NCBI GenBank assembly: GCA_964418925.1 | Contig: CAYQNY010000001.1 | Span: 1 to 51,612 of the forward strand | Direction: 5' to 3' | Length of the DNA stretch: 51,612 nt | Origin: an uncultured Verrucomicrobiota bacterium | Lineage (GTDB): Bacteria; Verrucomicrobiota; Kiritimatiellia; JAAZAB01 | Shown: one piece after another, positions 10,335-18,732 of the stretch | How the letters are laid out: every line of letters begins with the position of its first letter | How positions within the stretch are numbered: position 1 is the stretch's first letter | Made by a program: the position numbers and the translations under genes | Notes under the pieces: generated by a model | The model's database searches: none | What the model was told of the DNA's origin: nothing | What the model saw: only the letters and a program-made list of their open reading frames with translations

Positions 10335-10871
10335 TTGAAAAGACATGCGATTGATCCAGCCGATTTATGCATTAACATAGTGCCCCTTTGGGCTGAGCAG
10401 TGGTTTCTGCTTACCGCCGGAATGAATGCGCCGGGTAAGTATAACTCCATGACCGTGGCCTGGGGAAGCTTGGGCGTAATGTGGGCTAAGCCGTTTGCGC
10501 AGATAGTAGTGCGCCCCAGCCGCTTCACCCATGAGTTTACCGAACAGCACGCTACCTTCACTCTGTGCGCGTTCCCACCCGAATACAAGAGCGCTCTGAC
10601 CCTGTGCGGCACCAAGTCGGGGCGGGATATTGACAAAGTAAAGACGACAGGTCTGACCCCGATCGCATCGGAAACCGTCGAAGCCCCGGGCTATGATGAA
10701 GCCGAGCTGATAATCGAGTGTCGCAAAATCTATTGGAGTGTATTTGATTCGGCGCAGTTCCTGGATGATACCATTGAATCCAACTATAATGGCACCGACT
10801 ACCACACCGTATATTTCGGCGAGATATTGCATATCTCGGCTACGGATAAATATGAGCGCACTATTGCTTGA
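10335..10871 (+). CDS. flavin reductase-like (FMN-binding split-barrel) protein
   Basis: 178 aa. TTG start lies 5 nt after a strong GGAGAGGAGG ribosome-binding site. The MTVAWGSLGVMW...VVRPSRFTHEF pattern is typical of the flavin reductase-like domain. Confidence 0.7.
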   Translation: MKRHAIDPADLCINIVPLWAEQWFLLTAGMNAPGKYNSMTVAWGSLGVMWAKPFAQIVVRPSRFTHEFTEQHATFTLCAFPPEYKSALTLCGTKSGRDIDKVKTTGLTPIASETVEAPGYDEAELIIECRKIYWSVFDSAQFLDDTIESNYNGTDYHTVYFGEILHISATDKYERTIA

Positions 10872-11121
10872 TGCAAGATTAGCAGGGTCACGCTTAAGCA
10901 TCCATGCCCAGCCCGGGGATACGTTCGGACCTGGGACTTGCCTGAGACGGGCAAGCATTGCGCCAAGCCATGGAATAGCTAGCCCGGTAACGCCCACAAA
11001 CAAGCAACGACCAAAACCACACCCATCATATATAAATAATGCCATGATATAAGTCACTGTTCACCGCCGGGGGAATTCCCTTTCCCGGCGGAGTCTAAAA
11101 AAAACGTCGAGACAAAGCCCC

Positions 11122-12636
11122 ATGAGATACGCCATTGTTTCAGATATTCATGCGAATCATCAGGCCTGGAAAGCGGTATGGCTGGATATTCGCAGTATGG
11201 CGGTTGATCATGTGATTTGCCTGGGGGATCTCATCGGATACGGGCCCAGTCCGTGCCAAGTGCTGGAATCCCTCTACGCGACAGTGGATTATTTTGTCTT
11301 GGGTAATCATGATGCGGCGTTGTGTGGCAAATTGGATGCTACCTGTTTTAACGACTGTGCCCGGGATATGATCCAGTGGACAGCCGATCAGTTGGGTCAA
11401 CCCGCGATCCGGTTTCTGTCGAAAATACCCCTGACACTGGCTGGTCCGGGATTTCGTTGCGCGCACGGAGAATTCGGTGCCCCTGCGTGTTTTCGCTACG
11501 TGTTGGAGCCGGAAGAGGCGCTACCGGGCTGGGGCGCCGTGGATGATCCGTTGTTGTTTATCGGACACACGCATCGCCCCTGTATCACCGTGATCGGACG
11601 GAGCGGGACCCCGCGCATGATTGAGCCGGAAGATTTCACGCTGGAGGAGGGCAAACGGTTCTTGGTGAATGTCGGGTCTGTGGGCCAGCCCCGTGACTGG
11701 GATCCGCGCGCGTCTTATTGTATTTACGACGCGGAATCCAGGTCGGTATTCTGGCGCCGGATTCCCTTTGATCTGGATGCCTATCGTGACACGCTCCGCG
11801 CAGCCGGCATTCCTTTGACCACCAGCCCGTTTCTGGATGATGACCCGCGCCGGGATCGTCCGCCTTTGCGCGAGATGATTCCGTTTAATCCGCCTGAAAA
11901 TGCCGATCAGGCGGTTCGCAATGTCATTCCGGTTCAGCACCTGGACACGCTCCGTCGTCGGGTCAAATGGTGGCAAAGGCTGGTAACCGGCCTGGCGGTG
12001 GTGCTGGTCGTGATGGCCGGGCTGGGGGGCTGGGTCTGGATGCGGCAGATGCATGCGGAGATTGATATTGCCGGGAGCGGCCGGATGGCCATTCGTGCCG
12101 TGGATACAGCGCCGGCCGTTAACCTGTTGTCTTTTCCCGATCAGCCCGTGACCTCCGGTAATGTCATCCCGCAGTGGGATGTGCATCTGGGTAACCAGTA
12201 TCGCCAGCAGGCATTGTGGACGAGCCTCGATGACGGCCAACAGGGTTTTGTTCTGCGCTCCAAAGATCCGCAGAAAGCCATGTGGATTTCATCGGCGCCC
12301 ATTCATGTGTCCCCCGGCATGCGTCTGACCTTGCAGGCGCTGGTGAAAAAAAGTCCGGATTTTACGGGCAGTATTGCCGTGGTAATGCCCCTGGTAAAAC
12401 GGGTGGAACTCCCGTCAGTGAAAACGGCGCGGCCACCGGGTGCTGACGCCGCCGCCACGTTTGAAACCATCCATCAGTTTGTGGTTAAGGAACCCACCCT
12501 GGATCGGGCGGACGGCTGGTCCCTGGTCAAGCAGACAGTCAGCATGCCGGCCCGGGCTCATGCCGTGGAGTTCCGGGTTCGCGGCCGCTTCACCGGTGTG
12601 GTCCAGGTTCAGAATCTGCGCCTGGAACGGAAATGA
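11122..12636 (+). CDS. membrane-anchored metallophosphoesterase with an extracytoplasmic C-terminal domain
   Basis: 504 aa. Calcineurin-like motifs are present: SDIHAN, GDLIGYGP, GNHD, GHTH. One transmembrane helix (LVTGLAVVLVVMAGLGGWVW) is followed by about 190 aa of beta-rich sequence. Confidence 0.85.
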   Translation: MRYAIVSDIHANHQAWKAVWLDIRSMAVDHVICLGDLIGYGPSPCQVLESLYATVDYFVLGNHDAALCGKLDATCFNDCARDMIQWTADQLGQPAIRFLSKIPLTLAGPGFRCAHGEFGAPACFRYVLEPEEALPGWGAVDDPLLFIGHTHRPCITVIGRSGTPRMIEPEDFTLEEGKRFLVNVGSVGQPRDWDPRASYCIYDAESRSVFWRRIPFDLDAYRDTLRAAGIPLTTSPFLDDDPRRDRPPLREMIPFNPPENADQAVRNVIPVQHLDTLRRRVKWWQRLVTGLAVVLVVMAGLGGWVWMRQMHAEIDIAGSGRMAIRAVDTAPAVNLLSFPDQPVTSGNVIPQWDVHLGNQYRQQALWTSLDDGQQGFVLRSKDPQKAMWISSAPIHVSPGMRLTLQALVKKSPDFTGSIAVVMPLVKRVELPSVKTARPPGADAAATFETIHQFVVKEPTLDRADGWSLVKQTVSMPARAHAVEFRVRGRFTGVVQVQNLRLERK

Positions 12637-12785
12637 ATTGGCGGGCAATGGCGAGTTTGGCGGGAATCGGCATCATTCCGTGAGTGTTGAAAAACATATT
12701 CGGACTCGTGCTTCGTAGCGAAGGCTTTACTTCGCAGAGTAGCACGCGACAAAGCCCAACAGTGTAATAGGCAGAATGTTTTCCG

Positions 12786-12803
12786 CTATATTGATCAATA
12801 TAG
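12786..12803. repeat. perfect 18-bp palindrome CTATATTGATCAATATAG
   Basis: I verified base by base that the sequence equals its reverse complement. It has a central GATC and sits in the AT-rich 410-bp gap upstream of the regulator gene. Confidence 0.9.
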
Positions 12804-13017
12804 ACGGATTTCTTTCTGCATACATAAGCCACGGACTGGGGTTATTTATATCAGGAAAATACTCGGAGAGCGATGCCGAAGTTGCATGCCAAAGTTGGAT
12901 GGATGCCTCTAATGGGTGAAAACCTTGGGCCCCCAAGCTTTATCTTTTGGTTTGACCTAAATCTTCCTGCGCATTGGTGCTGAGCAGTATGAAGAGGATA
13001 TCAAGATCGATCGGCAT

Positions 13018-13046
13018 TTGACAGAGAGTGTCACACCTTCTAAGGT
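13018..13046 (+). promoter_or_regulatory. candidate sigma70-type promoter giving a leaderless mRNA for the wHTH regulator
   Basis: TTGACA (13018-13023), a 17-nt spacer, then TAAGGT (13041-13046). The ATG at 13053 lies 7 nt after the -10 hexamer, so transcription would start at or next to the start codon. Confidence 0.4.
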
Positions 13047-13051
13047 GTGAC
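13030..13051. promoter_or_regulatory. 22-bp palindromic operator candidate, copy 1 (GTCACACCTT-CT-AAGGTGTGAC)
   Basis: Perfect 10-bp arms with a 2-nt centre. It fills the promoter spacer and -10 region and ends 1 nt before the ATG. Confidence 0.6.
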
Positions 13052-13052
13052 C

Positions 13053-13625
13053 ATGCCGCACACATCCAAGAAAGCACTACGGCCTTCTCTGTGGCGAACG
13101 TGCCGAGTACTGGCAAACAGGCCTCGGCTCGAGATGCTTCGAGAGTTAATCCTCAGCCCGGATCAGTCGGTCTCTGAAGTAGCCCGGCGCCTTTGTGTCA
13201 CTCCCGCAGCAGCCACCAAGTACCTGCGGGCACTGAACGCGCGTGGCCTGTTGGCGGCGCGAAGACAAGGCAAGTGTGTGTACTATCGGCCTTGCGCGGA
13301 TGAGTCTGTGATCGGAGCTGTGCTCTTGCTGCAGGCACTTCGAGAGACGTTTGCCAGTAAGAAGGATTCCGTTGAGGTGATCTTTCGGCAGGCAACTGCA
13401 TTCACACATCCTCGACGGATCGACATCATCCGTGCGCTTCAGAATGAACCGCTGGACGGCAGGCATCTACGGGCCGAGACAGGGATGTCCCAAGCCGCTT
13501 TGAGACGTCATCTACGCAAGCTGGTGAGCCGCGGCTTCGTGATGTTTGATGGCAGGAAATACCGTTGCACTACTTCAAGACACAGTCTTACCAAAGTGCT
13601 GTTACGGCTTGCTGGGCAGGAATGA
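13053..13625 (+). CDS. ArsR/SmtB-like transcriptional regulator with two tandem winged-helix domains
   Basis: About 190 aa. Domain 1: RVLANRPRLEMLRELIL...SVSEVARRLCVTPAAATKYLRALNARGLL. Domain 2: FTHPRRIDIIRALQNEPLDGRHLRAETGMSQAALRRHLRKLVSRGFV. The ORF track starts at a GTG at 13047, but the ATG at 13053 is more likely. Confidence 0.8.
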   Translation: MPHTSKKALRPSLWRTCRVLANRPRLEMLRELILSPDQSVSEVARRLCVTPAAATKYLRALNARGLLAARRQGKCVYYRPCADESVIGAVLLLQALRETFASKKDSVEVIFRQATAFTHPRRIDIIRALQNEPLDGRHLRAETGMSQAALRRHLRKLVSRGFVMFDGRKYRCTTSRHSLTKVLLRLAGQE

Positions 13626-13661
13626 GCGTTGAGTATGCAGTCAGTTACCCGTGAGCACATA

Positions 13662-13683
13662 GTCACACCTTAGAAGGTGTGAC
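13662..13683. promoter_or_regulatory. 22-bp palindromic operator candidate, copy 2 (GTCACACCTT-AG-AAGGTGTGAC)
   Basis: It has the same arms as copy 1 with the centre dinucleotide inverted. Like copy 1 it is followed by CATG. It lies 37 nt after the regulator stop codon. Confidence 0.6.
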
Positions 13684-14018
13684 CATGTGCATTGCAGAAA
13701 ATCAGGGTCACAGACAATCAGCGGCGGGAGATTGATTTAGAACTTTACTCATAAGCGCTTTAGGTTGTTCGATTGCTCTCTTGCCAATGCGAGCTGTGCC
13801 CGCAACCCAATTATGCTTCTTCCCCGGCAGTGTGATCGAATCCGGCTCCCGCCGTCGCTAAGGCTATGGCGGGCAGGCCGACGGCAACCGAATTCGCTAC
13901 ACGCTTGTATCGCTATCGCGCAAATCAACGGTTTTATCTTTGGCTATATCATTCATGTAATCAACGAATTACACGCATGATAAAAAATCAACTTGTTTTT
14001 CATCGCGGTTCCCAACGG

Positions 14019-14726
14019 TTAAGGTACTACTGTTTCACTTCGTTTTCTTGTACCCATGCGGCGAAGTATTCGCTTCAATGCCACTCGCGCTCGCGTTAGA
14101 GGAGTGATCCTACCGCCTTCGAGCCGGACTCTGAGTTCGACATAGAATCTGGACAGTGATCTCAGCATCAGTTTGAACAGCTCATCCTGTCCCTCAGTGT
14201 TGCCGCGACAGATATGGTGGTGACATCCAATGGCAACGGCTTGGACCGGCACAACCATTTGTATCTTCGAGAGATCATCTAAATCCAGGTCTTTCTCTGA
14301 TGACTTAATCTGCATCGCAGCCGCGCGTACGTCATGCCTGCCCCTGGCATATTCCTCGTAGCGCATGGCGATGAGCTTTTCCCAGTCCTGAAGATGCTTG
14401 GTCTCGACAGTCAAGGTCCTCAAGTAGTCCACGTATGCCTTGGGGATTCTTTTGTTCAGATCCGCGAGATAGTCGCGGAACTCCCCGGCAGCCCGGAGAT
14501 CGGGTGCCTCGAGCACAAGCATGATCAGGACAACAGACGCAAGAACCAGTTCATTGAAGACCCTGTCCTGCTCAGCCTGACTCAACTGCTCAAAGTCTGC
14601 CAATCGCTGAAATTGTTTGTTGCGAAACACGCGGAATGCGGAACCTGCGGCGGCTTGCGCCAGAACCGCGGCCGTTGCGTCAGCCATCTGATCGAATGAT
14701 TTAAACAGTGGTTTATTCATAGTCAT
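14019..14726 (-). CDS. hypothetical protein (predicted all-helical, no recognised domain)
   Basis: 235-aa ORF, co-directional with and 89 nt downstream of the membrane-protein gene. It contains one hydrophobic stretch (ELVLASVVLIMLVLEA). Confidence 0.55.
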   Translation of the reverse strand: MTMNKPLFKSFDQMADATAAVLAQAAAGSAFRVFRNKQFQRLADFEQLSQAEQDRVFNELVLASVVLIMLVLEAPDLRAAGEFRDYLADLNKRIPKAYVDYLRTLTVETKHLQDWEKLIAMRYEEYARGRHDVRAAAMQIKSSEKDLDLDDLSKIQMVVPVQAVAIGCHHHICRGNTEGQDELFKLMLRSLSRFYVELRVRLEGGRITPLTRARVALKRILRRMGTRKRSETVVP

Positions 14727-14815
14727 GTAATTGGCAGTGGGTACTCTCTTGCCGCCGAACGTCGCAAATCAGCGGCGCGGTATTCCGCGTACGCTGGATT
14801 TGTCTGGTTGGGGAT

Positions 14816-15517
14816 TCATTTCAACAGTTCCTTCACCGAACTCAGATCGCGTAGAAAGATTTTGCCTTCCTGTGCTTTCTGTTTTGGGAACTCGAGTTCA
14901 AAGCGAAATTCACTGTTGATGACGCACACAGCTCGACCACGAACGAGCGTAGCGTCGTTGGGCATCTTACGGAACATTACTTGAACATATTCGGCCCGTT
15001 CGAGCATGTTGACAGGCTTTCCAACGGCGGCGTGCGTCGCGTCCAAATTGAGAATGCCGCGATATAGATACTCGTTTGTCCCCGCGGGTCGACCCCATGA
15101 GTCTGACGCGGCGACAACAAGAAGGGCTTGATCTCCGGCGCCAAACACCAAGTAGCCACCACGGCTAATAAAGTGGCGGCTGGTGGTGTCGCCTCCCTGA
15201 ACCACTAGCTCAACTGTGGCTGTGCATGTGCTGATGGGTTTCTCCGTTGGCGCTGGCAACAGGTTTCTAATCGCGTGCGTCCAGTACGTTGCATTGGCAA
15301 CATAGATAATGAGCGCGATTACGATGGCTTGCGCGATGCCTTTACAGATGGCCAGCACGCCTCTCTTCTGTTTCACCTTAACGGAAAGGTGCTTTGCTAA
15401 CGCCGCGGCAGCCACGTTTATAATCTGGATGACAAAGATGATCGCAACTGCGAGGAGGAAGATGAAGGGCAAACGTGCGGGATCCGTCAGGAGTTGCTTA
15501 AGAAGTTCTGTTTCCAT
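14816..15517 (-). CDS. hypothetical 2-TM membrane protein with a beta-rich C-terminal domain
   Basis: 233 aa. ATG is preceded by AAAGGAG. Two hydrophobic helices are visible (LPFIFLLAVAIIFVIQIINVAAAALA and GIAQAIVIALIIYVANATYW), followed by about 140 aa of soluble sequence. Confidence 0.65.
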   Translation of the reverse strand: METELLKQLLTDPARLPFIFLLAVAIIFVIQIINVAAAALAKHLSVKVKQKRGVLAICKGIAQAIVIALIIYVANATYWTHAIRNLLPAPTEKPISTCTATVELVVQGGDTTSRHFISRGGYLVFGAGDQALLVVAASDSWGRPAGTNEYLYRGILNLDATHAAVGKPVNMLERAEYVQVMFRKMPNDATLVRGRAVCVINSEFRFELEFPKQKAQEGKIFLRDLSSVKELLK

Positions 15518-15863
15518 ATCGCTTCACTCCTTTCAAATCCCCAACAGTATTAATAGGATAAACTTAAGGCAACGGGCGATGGCACGTTCGCTTTTTTAGA
15601 GCCTATCCGAAAGGATCATCGTGTCCAATCTTTTATTCGCCTTTGTTAGAATACTCCGTGGCTCTTGTCGTGCCGAAGCCTTGCGTAGGCGGATGACACG
15701 GGGGGGCCGGTGTTACCAGGCTATGCCGCGTCAAGATGGCGAGCCGACCACGGCGACTTACCTGTGCGAAGCGCTACGGCGTAGCCTGGAGTCCAGCGAA
15801 GCAAGACGCAGCCGTCCAGCGCGGCGCCTGGTTAGATACAATCCATTCGTTCAGCACAACATA

Positions 15864-16487
15864 CTAGAAAATGCGCTCGATATCCTTATCGGCAATAATA
15901 CTGCTTCCGCCGTCGGCAAGGACAAAAACTTCGGCAGCTTCATTAATCTCCTCGGCTATGTTGAACGCGTGTTGCATATCGCTGCCCACGGCAATCAGTC
16001 CATGGTTTTGCAGTAGGAGTGCCAGCGTCTTGGTGTTGACGAAATGCCGGGCAACAGCATCTGCCAGCTCGGCTGTGCCGGGAACATAAAACGGCAACAT
16101 TGCCAGCGGATACGCAAAGTAACAAAAACCAGGGGTTACCGGAGGCAAACTGCTGTCGCCGGGAGTCATTTTAGTGGATGCGGCGATCAAATAGCTTCCA
16201 TGTATATGGCAGACAACATTCACATCTGCTCTGGCTTCCAGGATACGCGAGTGCATCAGAAATTCTTTAGTGGGATTACCATTCCCCCCCAGCACGCCAG
16301 CATCGGGCGTGACAAGAACAATATCGTCAACTGTCATATCTCTTAAAGACAATCCCGATGGCGTTGTCATGATATTGTCGTCTAATCTGACGGATACATT
16401 GCCGCCAACACCACACACCAAATCTTTTTCATAAAGCAATCGGCAAAATACGACAAATGATTCTTTGGTTGGATTCTTGCTTAGCAT
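15864..16487 (-). CDS. class II aldolase/adducin-family protein (fuculose-phosphate-aldolase-like)
   Basis: 207 aa with GGNVSVRL, the His-containing VVCHIHG block, and overall class II aldolase length and pattern. Confidence 0.8.
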   Translation of the reverse strand: MLSKNPTKESFVVFCRLLYEKDLVCGVGGNVSVRLDDNIMTTPSGLSLRDMTVDDIVLVTPDAGVLGGNGNPTKEFLMHSRILEARADVNVVCHIHGSYLIAASTKMTPGDSSLPPVTPGFCYFAYPLAMLPFYVPGTAELADAVARHFVNTKTLALLLQNHGLIAVGSDMQHAFNIAEEINEAAEVFVLADGGSSIIADKDIERIF

Positions 16488-16665
16488 TTCTTGCCCTCCT
16501 TATTATATTTAATGGATAGTGTCAATTTAGATTAAGGGTTTCCGGCGCTGAGACAGCGGATGAGGAAACACAAGTCCCTTCGTTTGCCTCTTTGCCGCAT
16601 CAAAAGCTATTTGTAATGTCCAGACGTGATCCCGATCTTCTGTGTTTTTAATGGAAGAGAGAACG

Positions 16666-17094
16666 TCAGCCTTGAACCGCTTCGGATGCCGCGCCGCGCG
16701 AGGTATGCGCAGTCACGTTCGAAGGCATTGTTGGCTTTTCTCCATCTTCTAGTTCAAGACTTGCCTCCCAGCCATCGTACTTTCCGTCGAACTCGGATGC
16801 CAGGTCCATGCAGAACTGGCTAATGCCGTCGAGGAGGCCTTCGTCGGGAACGTGGGGGCAATAAAGGAGGCAAAGCCACAGGGAATCGTCGGAATCCTTC
16901 AGGGGCGGCGAGACCTCGGGCTTAAGCCCGGTGGATGCTGCACGACGACTCGCCCGTTGCGCCGAGTCCTCATTGGGGAAGTACAGCCAGAAGGAAACCT
17001 CGTGCTTCCGGTTCACATCCGAACCGAACCTTTGGAGTTGCTCCAGAATAAACTCTCCAGAGTACGGATTGCTTTCTTGTATATCCTTGTTCAT
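16666..17094 (-). CDS. RraB-like (regulator of ribonuclease activity B family) domain protein
   Basis: 142 aa. HEVSFWLYFPNEDSAQRA... and the C-terminal GKYDGWEA match the pattern I recall for the RraB domain. Confidence 0.55.
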   Translation of the reverse strand: MNKDIQESNPYSGEFILEQLQRFGSDVNRKHEVSFWLYFPNEDSAQRASRRAASTGLKPEVSPPLKDSDDSLWLCLLYCPHVPDEGLLDGISQFCMDLASEFDGKYDGWEASLELEDGEKPTMPSNVTAHTSRGAASEAVQG

Positions 17095-17122
17095 TCAATA
17101 AATCATATATTAGGTCCGAGTC

Positions 17123-18427
17123 TTAGTGGTTAGTGTTTGATTGCCCAATGTTAGCGCCGGCAAGGTTGGCCACGACGTTTTTCAATCCTGCGACCACCAG
17201 TGTGAACCGGTCATAGTTAAGTTTCTCCGGGGTGTCGTCCGGCGTGTGATACCAGCGGTACCGGAACAGCGCCGTATCCGTCACCATGACGGCCGGATAG
17301 CCCTCCCGCCAGAATGCCCAGTGGTCTGACCAGCTGATGCCCGTGATCCATGCCGGCAGGGCCGCGGCTTCCGAGGGACACAAAGCCGTCTGGCGAAAGC
17401 TTCTCACCACGGTTCGAACTAATGAGCGCGAACGGATGTTACCGATGAATGCCACAAAATTGCCGGTAGTCGGGTAAAACAGGCTGAAGAGTCGAAGCGG
17501 ATAGTGCTGGCTTTCTTTTTCATCGGAATAATATCCCAGCGTTTCCAGGCTGAGCATGGCGATGATCTGTTCATTGCGCGCCCGGCATTGCCGGGCATAT
17601 ACCAGGCTCCCCATGTTATGGGTCCAGAAAAACGGCGGCTCTTCATTGACAAAGGCCACGAAACGGAGCGTCCGCTCAGGTTGGGAGCCGGCCAACGCGC
17701 GCGCCAGCGCCAGCATTGCGGCCACGCCGCTGGCGTTGTCATTGGCGCCGGGGACTTGCTCCACCGAGTCATAATGAGCGCCGATCAGAACAATATCATC
17801 GGGATGGAGGGTTCCACGGAGTTCGACTTCCAGATTGTAACAGGGGCGGCCTTTCAGCCAGTCCACTTCATAACCTTGGCGCCGGACCTGGTAACCCGCT
17901 TTAGACAACGAGCCTTCGATATAGTCGGCCGCCGCACAGAGCGCGTTGTATCGGGAAATGACATTGCGCTCGCCGATTGTTCCAGCCAGCGTATAAACAT
18001 CCGCTTTCAGCGTCTCGCCGAGCAGGCGCTGGTCGGCCGTCAGCGGCAACATCGGCTCAGCTCTATGCATATCCGGCATGCGCATCATGATACCACCGAT
18101 CAAGACCAGTACAATGGGGAAGCATCCCAGGAAACAGACGGCGATGCCTGCCAGGATATCTTTCATCGCCGCCGTGTGCCGGCGGAGCCGCGCCAGGTAC
18201 AGTATCGCCCGCGCAATGGCCAGGAGGGATAGGACCCCCCAGGCCGTGCCGAAAGCCAACGCCATGCATGATAAAACGACCCGGAGATTACCGACCGGAC
18301 CCGTCGCTCGAACCGGCAGTACAACCAGCAGGACCGAGGTGATGATGAAAATGCCGAAGGTGATAGCCAGCGTTATGGCAACCCGGCGCATGGACATCGC
18401 TCGCTTGGACAGCGGATAAAGGTCCAC
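17123..18427 (-). CDS. M28-family aminopeptidase with a polytopic N-terminal membrane anchor
   Basis: 434 aa. Several N-terminal transmembrane helices are followed by GAHYDSV...GANDNASGVAAMLALARAL, the M28 zinc-ligand blocks. The start codon is ambiguous (Met1, Met11 or Met13). Confidence 0.85.
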   Translation of the reverse strand: MDLYPLSKRAMSMRRVAITLAITFGIFIITSVLLVVLPVRATGPVGNLRVVLSCMALAFGTAWGVLSLLAIARAILYLARLRRHTAAMKDILAGIAVCFLGCFPIVLVLIGGIMMRMPDMHRAEPMLPLTADQRLLGETLKADVYTLAGTIGERNVISRYNALCAAADYIEGSLSKAGYQVRRQGYEVDWLKGRPCYNLEVELRGTLHPDDIVLIGAHYDSVEQVPGANDNASGVAAMLALARALAGSQPERTLRFVAFVNEEPPFFWTHNMGSLVYARQCRARNEQIIAMLSLETLGYYSDEKESQHYPLRLFSLFYPTTGNFVAFIGNIRSRSLVRTVVRSFRQTALCPSEAAALPAWITGISWSDHWAFWREGYPAVMVTDTALFRYRWYHTPDDTPEKLNYDRFTLVVAGLKNVVANLAGANIGQSNTNH

Positions 18428-18711
18428 GGATCAATTCCTTTCAGACATTTGTTCGCTAACGTTTCAATCGGCTCTTTTGTAGATGGGTAAGCAACATTAA
18501 CAACCCTGAATCCCCTCAGTGAAAGCTGCTTTTCCACCTTCCGCATCGACCATTTTGTTCTGCCCATCCCATGCAGCAGTATAACATAGTCTCCTTGGCC
18601 GATCGTGTCTTGATTATCAGCCTTTGGCGCTATATCAGAAATCACTATGCCAAATGGAATGAATGCAACGATGATTAGCGCAAGCTGCATTTTAACAGAA
18701 TCAGGTTTCAT
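18373..18711 (-). pseudogene. N-terminal relic of an alpha/beta hydrolase (truncated)
   Basis: 112-aa ORF: a signal-like N-terminus, then DYVILLHGMGRTKWSMRKVEKQLSLRGFRVVNVAYPS, which is the beta3/oxyanion HG region. The ORF ends before any GxSxG nucleophile elbow and overlaps the M28 gene start by 55 nt. Confidence 0.45.
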
Positions 18712-18732
18712 TTAGAACTTGGGAACCGTTGC

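Noticed and set aside
11062-11100. Hairpin CCGCCGGG...CCCGGCGG followed by A8, considered as a terminator.
   Set aside because: The A-run follows the stem on the plus strand, so on the minus strand the T-run precedes the stem. Neither orientation gives the stem-then-U-tract order of an intrinsic terminator.
12637-15863. Possibility that the AT-richer islet is a mobile element.
   Set aside because: I saw no integrase, transposase, recombinase, tRNA attachment site or convincing terminal repeats. The flanking CGAAG-core hairpins share motifs only, not an alignable repeat. I keep it as an accessory islet, not a mobile element.
15621-16016. ORFs inside repeat-rich intergenic DNA: 15621-16016, 21746-21988, 21775-22011, 46006-46200, 50016-50423.
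   Set aside because: They are read through GC-rich hairpin elements and give A/R/S/E-rich pseudo-peptides. They partly overlap real genes on the other strand, and they have no ribosome-binding site or motifs.
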